Positions 18,711 through 28,225 of a stretch of DNA of 64,000 bases are shown here, piece after piece. The stretch comes from an uncultured Verrucomicrobiae bacterium (GTDB lineage Bacteria; Verrucomicrobiota; Verrucomicrobiia; Limisphaerales; UBA1100). Each line of letters opens with the position of its first letter. Position 1 is the stretch's first letter. The notes beneath the pieces were generated by a model. It made no database searches. It was not told where the DNA came from and saw only the letters and a list, made by a program, of their open reading frames with translations. The stretch lies in the NCBI GenBank assembly GCA_937775205.1, contig CALKBX010000013.1, forward strand, positions 15,648 to 79,647, read 5' to 3'. Made by a program: the position numbers and the translations under genes.

Positions 18711-19605
18711 ATGCAATTGGCGGCAAACAAGCGCGCGTTCACCTTGGTGGAATTGTTGGTGGTGATCGCCATCATCAGTGTGCTGGCTGGTTTGATGCTG
18801 CCCACGCTGGCGAAGGGCAAGGCCAAGGCGAATCGAATCAAATGCACCAATAATCTTCGCCAAGTGAACACGGCGTTGCGCGGGTTTTCCATGACGCACG
18901 ACTCGCGTTATCCGTGGTTGCTCACGCAACAGCAAGGCGACGCGATGTTCAAGCGCATGTACGGGCAGGCGCATACGGGCTGGATTCATTTGTGGGATAT
19001 TCGGTTTATGTTTTTGAGCGAACCGGCGCGGCGCGAGCTGGTGACCGCGCGCGTGCTGGCTTCGCCGTGCGATCCTTCGGTGACGGTTTACAATGAAGAG
19101 GAAGCCACCAACGGCAAGTGGGAAGGCTTCGGCGCGGGCTTCGATGGTATTCACATTCACATGGATCGGCGCTCGATGAGCTACGGCGTGCATCTCGGCG
19201 CGGATGAGCAACGGCCCGCGAGCATCCTCGCCTTCACGCGCAATCTGATTGGCGAGCCGGGATATGAATTTGATTATCCCGCCGGCAAGGCGTTTGCCGG
19301 ACATCGCGGAATTTCTTGGCGGCTCGTTGCAATTGGCCACACAAAATTCCGCGCAACAACAATTCATCGGCAACGACCACGCCGATCTTGAATTGCTCCA
19401 ACGCCACGCGATGGCGGGATTGAGCGCGAGCCAAGGCCAAATCACGCTCGCCGATGGCAGCGTGCAGCAGACCACCGATGCCGGCCTCGCCCAAGCCATC
19501 AAGGCCCACGCGAACAGCCACGGCGGCGCATACTTGGGCGTGAACGAAAATTTCACACGCCCCACCCAGCGCCCCGATCCCAACGGCCGGATGAAAATCC
19601 GCTAG
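18711..19605 (+). CDS. Prepilin-type N-terminal cleavage/methylation domain protein (PVC type; one frameshift)
   Basis: AFTLVELLVVIAIISVLAGLMLP, CTNNLRQ and LASPCDP; C-terminal GQITLADGSV continues in the +1 frame after about 19300. Confidence 0.85.
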
Positions 19606-19670
19606 CGGTTGGCTTCTATTTCACAAGAAAAGGTTGAGCCTCTTCCCCGTTCGCCCCACACTTTGCCGGT

Positions 19671-20699
19671 ATGATTCGCATGGGGCTCATTGGGTTGTCG
19701 CACGATCACGTGTGGGATTTGCTGCCGGATATGGCGGCCAACGAACACGTGGAATTGGTCGCCGCAACCAGCACGAAGCCGCCATTGCTCGAGCGCATCG
19801 GCAAGGAATTCGGCGTGGCCACTTTCACCGATTCCACAGAGATGGCCGCCAGCCAACAGCTCGATGCGGTTTGCCTCTTTGGCGATAACCGCGCCGGCGC
19901 GGAGGAAGGCGTGAAAGCACTCGAACGCGGTTGGCATGTGCTCATCGAAAAACCCCTCGCCGCCGATCTCGCCGGGGCCGATCAACTCCTGCAAACCGCC
20001 GACACCACCGGAAAGCGACTAATGGTCAACTGGCCCATCGCGTGGTGGCCCGGCGTGCAACACGCGCTCGCTCTCGCGCAGTCCGGCGAAATCGGCGAGG
20101 TATGGCAAGTGCGCTACCGTGCTGCGCATCAGGGCCCCAAGGAAATGGGCGCGAGCGAATATTTTTGCGATTGGCTGTACGACCCCAACCGCAACGGCGG
20201 CGGCGCGTTGATGGATTATTGCTGCTACGGCGCGGTGCTCTCGCGCGTGTTGCTCGGCCGCCCGCACAGCGTCACCGCCGTCACTGGCAATCTTGTGAAG
20301 ACCGGCCTCGATGCGGAAGACAACGCCGTGTTGCTGATGCAATATCCCAAAGCTATTTGCATCGCCGAAGCCAGTTGGACGCAGATCGACAAAGCCACCA
20401 ACTACCACACCCAAATCTACGGAACCGAAGGCACCCTCCTCGCCGAGCCCGGCAATGGCCGCCTACTGCTCGCCACCCCGAAAAATCCCGAAGGCAAAGA
20501 AGTGGACGTGCCCGAGTCGCCCGCGCATTTGCAAACCCCCATCGCCCATTTCCTGCATGCGCTCGACAACGACAGCGCCTTCCAGCCCCTCTGCCGTCCC
20601 GGCCACTGCCGCGACGCCCAGGAAATTTTAGAAGCCGGAATCCAATCCGCCACCACCGGCGCCAAGGTGGACCTCCCCCAACTCGCCGGGATGGATTGA
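19671..20699 (+). CDS. Gfo/Idh/MocA family oxidoreductase
   Basis: N-terminal Rossmann fold, HVLIEKP, GGGALMDYCCY. Confidence 0.92.
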   Translation: MIRMGLIGLSHDHVWDLLPDMAANEHVELVAATSTKPPLLERIGKEFGVATFTDSTEMAASQQLDAVCLFGDNRAGAEEGVKALERGWHVLIEKPLAADLAGADQLLQTADTTGKRLMVNWPIAWWPGVQHALALAQSGEIGEVWQVRYRAAHQGPKEMGASEYFCDWLYDPNRNGGGALMDYCCYGAVLSRVLLGRPHSVTAVTGNLVKTGLDAEDNAVLLMQYPKAICIAEASWTQIDKATNYHTQIYGTEGTLLAEPGNGRLLLATPKNPEGKEVDVPESPAHLQTPIAHFLHALDNDSAFQPLCRPGHCRDAQEILEAGIQSATTGAKVDLPQLAGMD

Positions 20700-20700
20700 T

Positions 20701-22518
20701 TTATAGACGGGTGTCTTCCGGCGCGGTGGTTTCTTCTTCGTCTTCCGCGGCAATGGTTTTTGGCTCATCCTCGTTTTCATCTTCGTGGTTGCCGTATTGT
20801 GGATCCGGCAGTTTGCCGGCAATGAACCAGCCGAGGGCGAAGACGAAAAACCCAATCGCGGCGGTGGTGTACGCCACGCGCATGGCGAAGCCGTCCGTGC
20901 CGTGGAGGGCTTGCGGGAAGAGGCCCTGCCATTTTTCGTCGGTGACCGTGAACACAAGAAAGGCGAAGCTGGTGCCGATGAGGCGGCCGCCGATGTTGGC
21001 AGCAAAACTTTCGCCGGTGCCGCGCAGGTGCACGGGGAAATAGCGCGGCAACATGTTGCCCCAAAAGGTGAATTGCCCAATGACGAGCATTCCGGCAATG
21101 AACACGCCGATGTATGCGCTGGACAAACTGTTGGCAATGAGGAAACCGAAAATCAGGGGCATCAAAAATATTCCGGGCAATTGAAAGGCGCGCAGGACGG
21201 ATCGGCACGGGGCGTCTTTTAGATAATTCGTGAGTCGCGTGGTGAGCCACCAAACGGGGATGCCGAGGATGCCGCCAAACAAAATGCCTTTGCCGAGGCA
21301 CATCAAATGGGCGGTGAGCACGCTGGCGTTGGGGTCGGCGAATTTCAAGCCAAAGCCCATCAGCGATTCATAGATTAAAAATACAGCCAGCACCGACCAA
21401 CCCACAAAGGGCAAAATATTGGCCGTGCCGCGCGCCACGACGATCACCATGACCATCGCCATCAACGCCCGTCCAAAGAGCCCACCGACTTCCTGCACTT
21501 TGGTGACGTGTGCCACGTGCACGCCCTCGGCGGCTTTGAATGCTTTTTTGCCGGCGATGGCAGTTTTCTTTTTGTCCAACTTCTTGGCTTGGGCGGTGGC
21601 TACGGCTTTGTCTTTGGCTGCCGAAGAGTCTGCCGCCACCTCAGGTGCTTTAGGCAGGATGAGCCGCATGTGTTGCAGCGCGCCGAATGCGCCGCCGTAG
21701 GCCAAGGCGAAGAGGAGCGTGATGATTATTGTTGTCCGTTTAAACTGCGGCGCGAACAACGCAGCCAAGCTCGGGCGTTTGAGTTGGCCGGCGTCCTTTT
21801 TCTTTTGCCACACCGGCGATTCCGGCAGGAAGGGGCGGATGATAATCAGCGGGATGGCGGGGATCAATCCGCTCATCAACGTGTATCGCCACACGGCGGT
21901 GTTGCTGTCATCGGAAATATTCCCGAGCACGCCGGCAAACCAATCGGGCATCGCCGGCAGCCCGCCGCCGGTGCTGGCGATTTGCGAAAGGTAGCCGTAA
22001 ACAATCGCCACCGTGAGGCCACCTACCGAGGAGAAGGCTTGGGTGTAGCCCAAAACTTTTTCGCGCTGCACGCGGTCGGGGAACAGTTCCGACAACCAGG
22101 CCACCGCCGCCACAAACTCCACGCACACGCCGATGAACACGAGGCACCGGAAAAAGAGCAGTTGATACGGCGTGGTGGAAAAGCCCGCGCAAAACGCCGC
22201 CACCGCATAAAGCAGAATGCTGTAAGTCAGCACCCGCCGTCGGCCAAACAGATCTGTCAAGTAACCGCCCAGCAAACCAAAGATGCCACCGCAAATGGCG
22301 GGCACAAAAAAGATGATCCGAAACCAATGCGTAAACTCCGGCGTGCCCGGCTTGAGGCCCGGCACCAAATCCATCAGTGCATCCTTGCCGATGAGCGGCA
22401 GCATCAGGAGTTCGTAAATATCGAACAGAAACCCCAGCGTGGCGATGAAGCAAATCAGCCATTGGGTGCGGGTGAGTTTCAGTTTTGGGTTGGAACCGGA
22501 AGCAGAGTCAGCGCTCAT
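20701..22518 (-). CDS. MFS transporter
   Basis: GYLTDLFGRR motif A, about 12+ TM segments, PESP, RYFPVHLRGTG. Confidence 0.9.
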   Translation of the reverse strand: MSADSASGSNPKLKLTRTQWLICFIATLGFLFDIYELLMLPLIGKDALMDLVPGLKPGTPEFTHWFRIIFFVPAICGGIFGLLGGYLTDLFGRRRVLTYSILLYAVAAFCAGFSTTPYQLLFFRCLVFIGVCVEFVAAVAWLSELFPDRVQREKVLGYTQAFSSVGGLTVAIVYGYLSQIASTGGGLPAMPDWFAGVLGNISDDSNTAVWRYTLMSGLIPAIPLIIIRPFLPESPVWQKKKDAGQLKRPSLAALFAPQFKRTTIIITLLFALAYGGAFGALQHMRLILPKAPEVAADSSAAKDKAVATAQAKKLDKKKTAIAGKKAFKAAEGVHVAHVTKVQEVGGLFGRALMAMVMVIVVARGTANILPFVGWSVLAVFLIYESLMGFGLKFADPNASVLTAHLMCLGKGILFGGILGIPVWWLTTRLTNYLKDAPCRSVLRAFQLPGIFLMPLIFGFLIANSLSSAYIGVFIAGMLVIGQFTFWGNMLPRYFPVHLRGTGESFAANIGGRLIGTSFAFLVFTVTDEKWQGLFPQALHGTDGFAMRVAYTTAAIGFFVFALGWFIAGKLPDPQYGNHEDENEDEPKTIAAEDEEETTAPEDTRL

Positions 22519-22632
22519 GGGCGGTTTTTATGCCAATTATAAGCGTAGGAAACAAGCTCAATTGTACGTGAGCGTACGGTTTGGAAGCGAAAGGATTGCG
22601 TTGTGTGCGGCGGTTTGCTTTGCTGCGCGCGC

Positions 22633-23481
22633 ATGCAGCGTTACGCCACCATTACTGTTATTGGCCGGGACAAGACCGGTGTGATTGCGCGGGTCACGAA
22701 TTTTCTTTTTCAACAAAAGGCGAACATCGAGGCGTTGGAGGAGGCGGTTACGCGCGGGCAATTCAGCATGGCCATCCAAGCCTCGTGGCTCGACGGGCAG
22801 CTGAAACCCGCCACGCTGAAGCGTGGCCTCAACGCGCTGGGTAAGGAATTGGGAATGGAAATGCGCCTGCGCCTCACCGAGCCGGGGCGGAAACAGCGGA
22901 TGGCACTGATGGTCACGCGCGAGTCGGCGTGTCCGGAGGCGATGCTGGCGGCCTTTCGCAAAGGCCAACTCAAACAGGCCGAGCCAGTGGTGGTCATCAG
23001 CAATCGCGCCGAACTCAAAGCGCTGGCGCATCAGCACAAACTGCCCTTTGTGCACATCCCGTGGAACGACCGTAAGCGTGCCGAGAAAAAAGCGCTGCGA
23101 GTTTTGGAAACGCACGAGGTCGATTTCGTGGTGCTGGCACGGTTTATGAAAATTCTCTCGCCTGACTTTGTGTGGCGTTACAAAAACAAAATCATCAACA
23201 TTCATCCCTCGTTGTTGCCGAGCTTCCCCGGGCCGCAAGCGTACCGGCAGGCGTACGAGCACGGCGTGAAAATCGCCGGCGTCACCGCGCACTTTGTGAG
23301 CATGCAGCTCGACGAAGGGCCGGTTATCGCGCAGGAAAGTTTTCACATCAAATCCGGTATGACGCTCAAACAAATCGTCACCGCCGGTCAACAATGCGAG
23401 GCCAAGACGCTGCTCAAGGCCGTGAAAATTTATCTCACCAAACGCCTCGACGTGCATTGGGGCGTGGTGAAAGAGGTATAG
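22633..23481 (+). CDS. purU: Formyltetrahydrofolate deformylase
   Basis: N-terminal ACT domain (GRDKTGVIA); VVLARFMKILS, INIHPSLLPSFPG, GVKIAGVTAHFV and LDEGPVI motifs. Confidence 0.93.
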   Translation: MQRYATITVIGRDKTGVIARVTNFLFQQKANIEALEEAVTRGQFSMAIQASWLDGQLKPATLKRGLNALGKELGMEMRLRLTEPGRKQRMALMVTRESACPEAMLAAFRKGQLKQAEPVVVISNRAELKALAHQHKLPFVHIPWNDRKRAEKKALRVLETHEVDFVVLARFMKILSPDFVWRYKNKIINIHPSLLPSFPGPQAYRQAYEHGVKIAGVTAHFVSMQLDEGPVIAQESFHIKSGMTLKQIVTAGQQCEAKTLLKAVKIYLTKRLDVHWGVVKEV

Positions 23482-24233
23482 TGAAAATTCTCTCGTGGAA
23501 CGTCAACGGCCTGCGCGCAGCGCAGAAAAAAGGCTTCGCCAGTTGGTTGAAAAAATCGAGCTCGGACATCCTCTGCGTGCAGGAAAGCCGCGCACTGCCC
23601 GAACAAGTGGAGCCCGATTGGCCGAAAGCGTACGAGGCTCATTGGAATCCGGCCGAGAAAAAAGGTTACTCCGGCGTGATGACGTTCGCCAAAACGCCGC
23701 CCATCACAGTCACGCGCGGCTTCGGCATCGCCGAGCACGACCTCGAAGGCCGAGCGCTGACCACCGAGCACAACGATTTCTTTTTGGTGAATGTTTATGT
23801 GCCCAACGCGCAGCGCAGTTTGGCGCGGTTGCCGTATCGGCAGGAATGGGATCGCGACTTTCTTGCGTATTTGAAAAAACTCGAACGCCGCAAGCCGGTT
23901 ATTTTTTGTGGCGACTTGAATGTGTCTCACAAAGAAATCGATTTAACAAATTTCAAGGCTAATAAAAAAAACGCCGGTTTCACCTCCGAAGAACGCGCGG
24001 GCTTCGATGCCTTTGTGGCGGCGGGTTTCATTGACACCTTTCGCGAATTTGAAACCGGCGCCGGCCATTACACGTGGTGGAGCAACCGCCTCAACGCCCG
24101 CGGCCGGAACATCGGCTGGCGCATTGATTATTTTATGATTTCAAAAAGCCTGCGCCCGCGGTTGAAAAAAGCGTTCATTCTGCCCGAGGTAATGGGGTCG
24201 GATCATTGCCCCGTAGGGATTGAGATTGGGTAG
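23481..24233 (+). CDS. xth: Exodeoxyribonuclease III / AP endonuclease
   Basis: SWNVNGLRA, GYSGV, NVYVPN, GDLNV, GWRIDYF and SDHCP motifs; GTG overlaps the purU stop. Confidence 0.95.
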   Translation: MKILSWNVNGLRAAQKKGFASWLKKSSSDILCVQESRALPEQVEPDWPKAYEAHWNPAEKKGYSGVMTFAKTPPITVTRGFGIAEHDLEGRALTTEHNDFFLVNVYVPNAQRSLARLPYRQEWDRDFLAYLKKLERRKPVIFCGDLNVSHKEIDLTNFKANKKNAGFTSEERAGFDAFVAAGFIDTFREFETGAGHYTWWSNRLNARGRNIGWRIDYFMISKSLRPRLKKAFILPEVMGSDHCPVGIEIG

Positions 24234-24257
24234 GGACACGCTGAACGTGTCCCTACC
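24229..24257. repeat. GTAG-family REP palindrome
   Basis: GGTAGGGACACG-CTGAA-CGTGTCCCTACC with perfect 12-bp arms; both convergent genes (xth, moaE) take their TAG stop from its arms. Confidence 0.8.
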
Positions 24258-24630
24258 GGACTGCCCGTTTCCAAATCGGCACTTTCGCCTTCATTTCATC
24301 AATCAAAAACTGGCAAGCCGCGAAGGCCTCGGCTCGGTGGGGGGAGGTGATTTCGACCCACAGCGACGTCTCATTTACCGCTACCTCACCCACGCGATGG
24401 ACGAGGCGGATGGATTCCACCGGCCATTGATTTTCGATGGCCGCAAAAATTAATTCAAACTGATGGCGCACCATCGTCTCATTGGCTTCGTAATGAATTG
24501 CCGTGATGGATTCCCCGTCTTCCGTGCCGCGCACCACGCCGTGGAAGGTCACCACCGCGCCCATGCCATCGGCCATTGCCGGTGGTGATTTGGGGATGGG
24601 GTTTGGGGTGAGGGTGAGTTGGGTTTTCAT
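24253..24630 (-). CDS. moaE: Molybdopterin synthase catalytic subunit
   Basis: GAVVTFHGVVR, HRVGEV, HRAEAFAAC and KAKVPIWK motifs. Confidence 0.9.
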   Translation of the reverse strand: MKTQLTLTPNPIPKSPPAMADGMGAVVTFHGVVRGTEDGESITAIHYEANETMVRHQFELIFAAIENQWPVESIRLVHRVGEVAVNETSLWVEITSPHRAEAFAACQFLIDEMKAKVPIWKRAVR

Positions 24631-24645
24631 TTTTCACCTTGGTTG

Positions 24646-24699
24646 GGTAGGGCGGTTTCTCCGAAACTGCCTTGGCGCGCTCGGAGAGCACGCCCTACC
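24646..24699. repeat. Inverted REP doublet (GTAG family)
   Basis: GTAG-GGCGGTTTC-TCC-GAAACTGCC on + and GTAG-GGCGTGCTC-TCC-GAGCGCGCC on -. Confidence 0.75.
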
Positions 24700-24721
24700 T
24701 TTTGGTTCGCGCTGAAATTTT

Positions 24722-24967
24722 TCATCCGCCTTGCACCGGAGGGAATAGCGAAACTTCATCGCCATCGCTCAGCACAAAATCGTCAGTTTGATAATCCACG
24801 CCCACAGCCTTGAGCGTGCTGTTTTTCATTTTGGCGAGTTTTGGGAATTTCGTCATAACGGTCGCGTGCAAGTTGCCGAGAGTTTCGCCTTCTTCAATTT
24901 TAATCAAAGTTTCATCGCACTCTGTTAAGTCGCGAAAGTAGGACCAGAATTTTACAGTTATTTTCAC
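24722..24967 (-). CDS. moaD: MoaD/ThiS sulfur carrier
   Basis: Ubiquitin-like size, GDEVSLFPPVQGG C-terminus, adjacent to moaE. Confidence 0.88.
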   Translation of the reverse strand: MKITVKFWSYFRDLTECDETLIKIEEGETLGNLHATVMTKFPKLAKMKNSTLKAVGVDYQTDDFVLSDGDEVSLFPPVQGG

Positions 24968-25524
24968 GCGTACACTTCCGGTTTCAACACGCCTATGAAG
25001 GGTAGATTGCGGTAGCGCTCGGCGTAGTCAAGGCCGTAGCCGATTACGAATTCATCGGGCACTTCGAAGCCGACATAATCTGCGGGGATGGTTTCGGTGC
25101 GGCGGGATTTTTTTTCAAGCAACACGCAGGTTTTTAGGCTGCGCGGCTGGAGGGCGTTGAGTTTGTCGATGACGGCGCGCAGGGTTTTGCCGGTGTCGAG
25201 AATGTCATCGACGAGCAGCACGTCGCGGTCGCGTGCTTCGAGGCGGAGTTCTTTGGTGAAAACCAATTCGCCCGGTGCAGTGCTGTTGCCGTAGCTGGAG
25301 ACGCCCATGAAATCCAGCCGCATCGGCAGCGCGATGTGGCGGATGAGGTCGGCGAGGAAGGGCACGGTGCCGGTGAGCAGCGCGACGACGAGCAGATCTT
25401 TGCCGGCAAAGTCGCGCTCGATGTCGGCGGCGAGTTCGCGCACGCGGGCGGCGATTTCGGCTTCGCCGATCAGCACGCTTTCCACTTCATCGCGCAAATG
25501 TTCCGGTGGCGGTGTGGCGGCCAT
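24964..25524 (-). CDS. hpt: Hypoxanthine phosphoribosyltransferase
   Basis: VLLVDDILDTGKT PRPP motif; FVIGYGLDYAERYRNLP. Confidence 0.95.
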   Translation of the reverse strand: MAATPPPEHLRDEVESVLIGEAEIAARVRELAADIERDFAGKDLLVVALLTGTVPFLADLIRHIALPMRLDFMGVSSYGNSTAPGELVFTKELRLEARDRDVLLVDDILDTGKTLRAVIDKLNALQPRSLKTCVLLEKKSRRTETIPADYVGFEVPDEFVIGYGLDYAERYRNLPFIGVLKPEVYA

Positions 25525-25534
25525 GTTTTTGAGG

Positions 25535-25915
25535 TTAAATGTGTTTGGAGTCGTCGTGGTCTTTTTCCGTGTAGCCGCTGTCTTGGCGCTGGAAATTGAC
25601 CTCGTTCTTTTTTAGGTACGCTTCGTAAACATCATCGGCGCTCATCCCCAACACCTGCGCGAGGCTGATAACAAAGTGAAACAGATCCACCACCTCCACG
25701 CGGGCGTTTTGTTCGTCGAGCTTTTGGTATTTGGCCCACCATTTCCACGGCACGCTGTCGGTGAGCTCGGCGAGTTCCTGCCCCATAGCGCGGCAATAGT
25801 TGAGGGTCCACTCGGTTTTCTGCTCATCGGTCATGTCATCGGTGTGGACGCCGATGCGTTCGTTGAGTGATTTTTGCATGCGAAAAAGTTCGCGCAATTG
25901 ATCGGGTTGGCTCAT
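25535..25915 (-). CDS. Dimeric all-alpha dUTPase family protein
   Basis: ELAELTDSVPWKWW, EVVDLFHF and YLKKNEVNFQRQDSGY motifs. Confidence 0.85.
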   Translation of the reverse strand: MSQPDQLRELFRMQKSLNERIGVHTDDMTDEQKTEWTLNYCRAMGQELAELTDSVPWKWWAKYQKLDEQNARVEVVDLFHFVISLAQVLGMSADDVYEAYLKKNEVNFQRQDSGYTEKDHDDSKHI

Positions 25916-26000
25916 GCGCGAGGATGGGGTGGTGAAGGCGGGGGCATCAAGGCGAAGTTATTGGCGTGACCTTGGGCGGGCGGTTGATTTACAAACAGCC

Positions 26001-26666
26001 ATGTTTGCTGCGACTTTGCTTCAGGGAGGTTCGATGGTTTGGGTGTTGCTGGCCGCCAGCGCGGTGGGCGCGGTGGTGTTTGTGGAGCGCCGTCTCACGT
26101 ATCATCGTGTGCAGATCAACACCACCGCCCTCCTCGGTGGCCTGAAAAATGTGCTGCGCCAAAAAAATCTAGTGGAAGCCATTGACATCTGTAACGCCAC
26201 GCCCAGCCCTGCGGCGAGGTTAGTGGAAACCGTGCTCACTCAACACGACCGCCCGCGCGAGGAGGTCAAGGAAGCGCTGCAACAATCCGGCAGCATGGAG
26301 ACGGCGCGGCTGGAGCAGCGCCTCGGCGTGCTGGCCACCCTCGGGCAGGTGGCGCCGCTGCTCGGGTTGCTCGGCTCGGTGCTTGGTTTTATGAAAACCG
26401 GCGAGGCGGTCATCACCGATCATCACGCGCACTTTGCCCAATCGCTAATGCCGCTGGCATTGGGGTTGGCGGTAGGCGTGCCGTGTTATGTGGGCTACAA
26501 TCATCTCGTCACCGTGGTGGGCGACATCGTGCTCGACATGGAAAAAACCTCGCTCGATGCCCTCCGCATGGTGAAAGAAATGGAAAAGCCGGGCCGCCGC
26601 AAAAAGAAACCTCATGATGCGTCCAGCGTTCCAACTGAAGACATCGATTTATTTGAGCAGCCGTGA
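26001..26666 (+). CDS. exbB: MotA/TolQ/ExbB proton channel protein
   Basis: LATLGQVAPLLGLLGSVLG and ALGLAVGVP; start uncertain. Confidence 0.85.
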   Translation: MFAATLLQGGSMVWVLLAASAVGAVVFVERRLTYHRVQINTTALLGGLKNVLRQKNLVEAIDICNATPSPAARLVETVLTQHDRPREEVKEALQQSGSMETARLEQRLGVLATLGQVAPLLGLLGSVLGFMKTGEAVITDHHAHFAQSLMPLALGLAVGVPCYVGYNHLVTVVGDIVLDMEKTSLDALRMVKEMEKPGRRKKKPHDASSVPTEDIDLFEQP

Positions 26667-27109
26667 AATTCCGTCGTCAACATCAACTCCGTTGCGAGTT
26701 GCCCGGCGCCGTGCCCATCGCGGCCATGATGTTTTTGCTTTTGTTTTATCTCATCCAAAACAAAGCGCTGCTGCTTACGCCCGGCGTGCCGGTGGAATTG
26801 CCGAAAGTGGCGGGCGCACTGCCGGAAGGTTACTCGGGCGCGCTGGTGGTGGCGCTGGACCGCAAGGGCAATTTATTTTTTCGCAATGTCGAGGTGTCGT
26901 TGGAAGTTTTGCCGGGCGAGTTGAAGCGCGCGGCGGCGGGTCGAACCAATTTATTACTCGTGCTGCAGGCCGACCGCCGTGCCAGCCACGAATCCATCAC
27001 ACGCGTAGCCGCCATCGCGCGCGCATCGGGCATTCACAAAACTTGGCTGGCCACCCAGCCGGGGCTGCTTGAAAAATCCACCGGGGCCACCAAGGCAAGA
27101 TCGCAATGA
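26663..27109 (+). CDS. exbD: ExbD/TolR biopolymer transport protein
   Basis: Single N-terminal TM, VELPK, LVLQADR; follows exbB. Confidence 0.82.
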   Translation: MKFRRQHQLRCELPGAVPIAAMMFLLLFYLIQNKALLLTPGVPVELPKVAGALPEGYSGALVVALDRKGNLFFRNVEVSLEVLPGELKRAAAGRTNLLLVLQADRRASHESITRVAAIARASGIHKTWLATQPGLLEKSTGATKARSQ

Positions 27110-27900
27110 CCACGCCCACCGGCAGCACGCCCTCCACGGGCCGGTTTCATTGGGGTTGGTGGGTGGCGGTAGTGTTCGCGCTGCAAGGCGGCGGCTTGTG
27201 GTGGCTTACGCGCAAAGCCACCGCGCCCAAGCCGCCGGCCAATCCCCCGTCCTTGTTGCTGGCCAATACCAACAGCGCCGGGTTGTTCGAAGCCTTGGCG
27301 CTCGAGAATCCGAACGCGTTTGTGCGGCCCAATCCCAAGGGCTTCTCCGGCCCGTCGCTTCGGCCGGGGCCGATGCCCCATCAGCCGTATCGCTGGCAGC
27401 CGCCGGAGATTGAAATTCCGTACCCCACCAATTTGCTCACCGGCCCCATCGATTCGATTCTGAAAACTAATCTTGGTGACAGCGCTAATGCGTTTGTGAA
27501 ACCGATGCCGGAAATTATGAATTTAAATGTGCCGCCCTTGGAAATGCAAACGGCGAGCCGGCTGGAGGTGGCGGGCAATTTGGCCGGCCGCAAACTACTC
27601 GCATCGCCCAATCTACAGACTTGGAGTCACACCACGCTGCTGCGGCCCACGCGAGTGCAGGTGATGGTGAATCCGGGCGGGCGGGTGTTTAGCGTGGTGC
27701 GCTTGGGCGGCTCGGGCCACGCGCCGGCGGATGCGATGGCGCTGGCATTGGCGCGGCGCGCGATTCAGTTTGTGAAAACGACGAACGCGCCCACCGCGCC
27801 GCTGGATCTTTCCCGTTTCACCACGGGCGATTTGATTTTTCATTGGCACACGAATCCATTGACGGTTACCAATCTCGTGGAGGAGCCGCGCCGCGAATGA
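27106..27900 (+). CDS. TonB-like energy transducer
   Basis: N-terminal TM anchor, Pro-rich linker, TonB_C-like end (RVQVMVNPGGRV, SGHAPADAMAL). Confidence 0.7.
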   Translation: MTTPTGSTPSTGRFHWGWWVAVVFALQGGGLWWLTRKATAPKPPANPPSLLLANTNSAGLFEALALENPNAFVRPNPKGFSGPSLRPGPMPHQPYRWQPPEIEIPYPTNLLTGPIDSILKTNLGDSANAFVKPMPEIMNLNVPPLEMQTASRLEVAGNLAGRKLLASPNLQTWSHTTLLRPTRVQVMVNPGGRVFSVVRLGGSGHAPADAMALALARRAIQFVKTTNAPTAPLDLSRFTTGDLIFHWHTNPLTVTNLVEEPRRE

Positions 27901-28121
27901 GCGTGTCCGATTCTATTTTCCTGTTCCTGTTCGTGCTGCTCGGCGGCTGGGCGGCGGTGGCGTTTTATGCCCGCCAGCGGGGATTGGATTTCGAGCCGGA
28001 TCCGAATCGGGACAACGTGTTCAGTTGCGAAGAATGCGAATATGTTTACACCGACGACGATGATGTCGAACGCTCGCGATGTCCCGAATGCGGCGTGATG
28101 AATGGGCCAGTGGTTTTTTAA
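27897..28121 (+). CDS. Small membrane-anchored zinc-ribbon protein
   Basis: ATG overlaps the TonB stop (ATGA); one TM followed by CEEC...CPEC. Confidence 0.7.
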   Translation: MSVSDSIFLFLFVLLGGWAAVAFYARQRGLDFEPDPNRDNVFSCEECEYVYTDDDDVERSRCPECGVMNGPVVF

Positions 28122-28132
28122 TGACCCGGTTT

Positions 28133-28222
28133 TAATGACCAAGGTCTAATGACCAAATTCCAAGGAAGCTCCAAGTCTCAATTCCCAATTGGGTTCTTGG
28201 GGGTTTGGTCATTGGTCATTTC
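28133..28222. repeat. Heptamer-arm imperfect palindrome, copy 1
   Basis: AATGACC-AAGGTCT-AATGACC-AAATTCC-AAGGAAG ... TTGGTCATTGGTCATT between convergent genes. Confidence 0.75.
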
Positions 28223-28225
28223 CCC

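Noticed and set aside
24253-25915. moaD-moaE next to hpt and dUTPase as a novel sulfur-relay or nucleotide-modification system
   Set aside because: Both proteins look canonical and nothing else in the window supports a non-Moco role; the remaining Moco genes may lie elsewhere.
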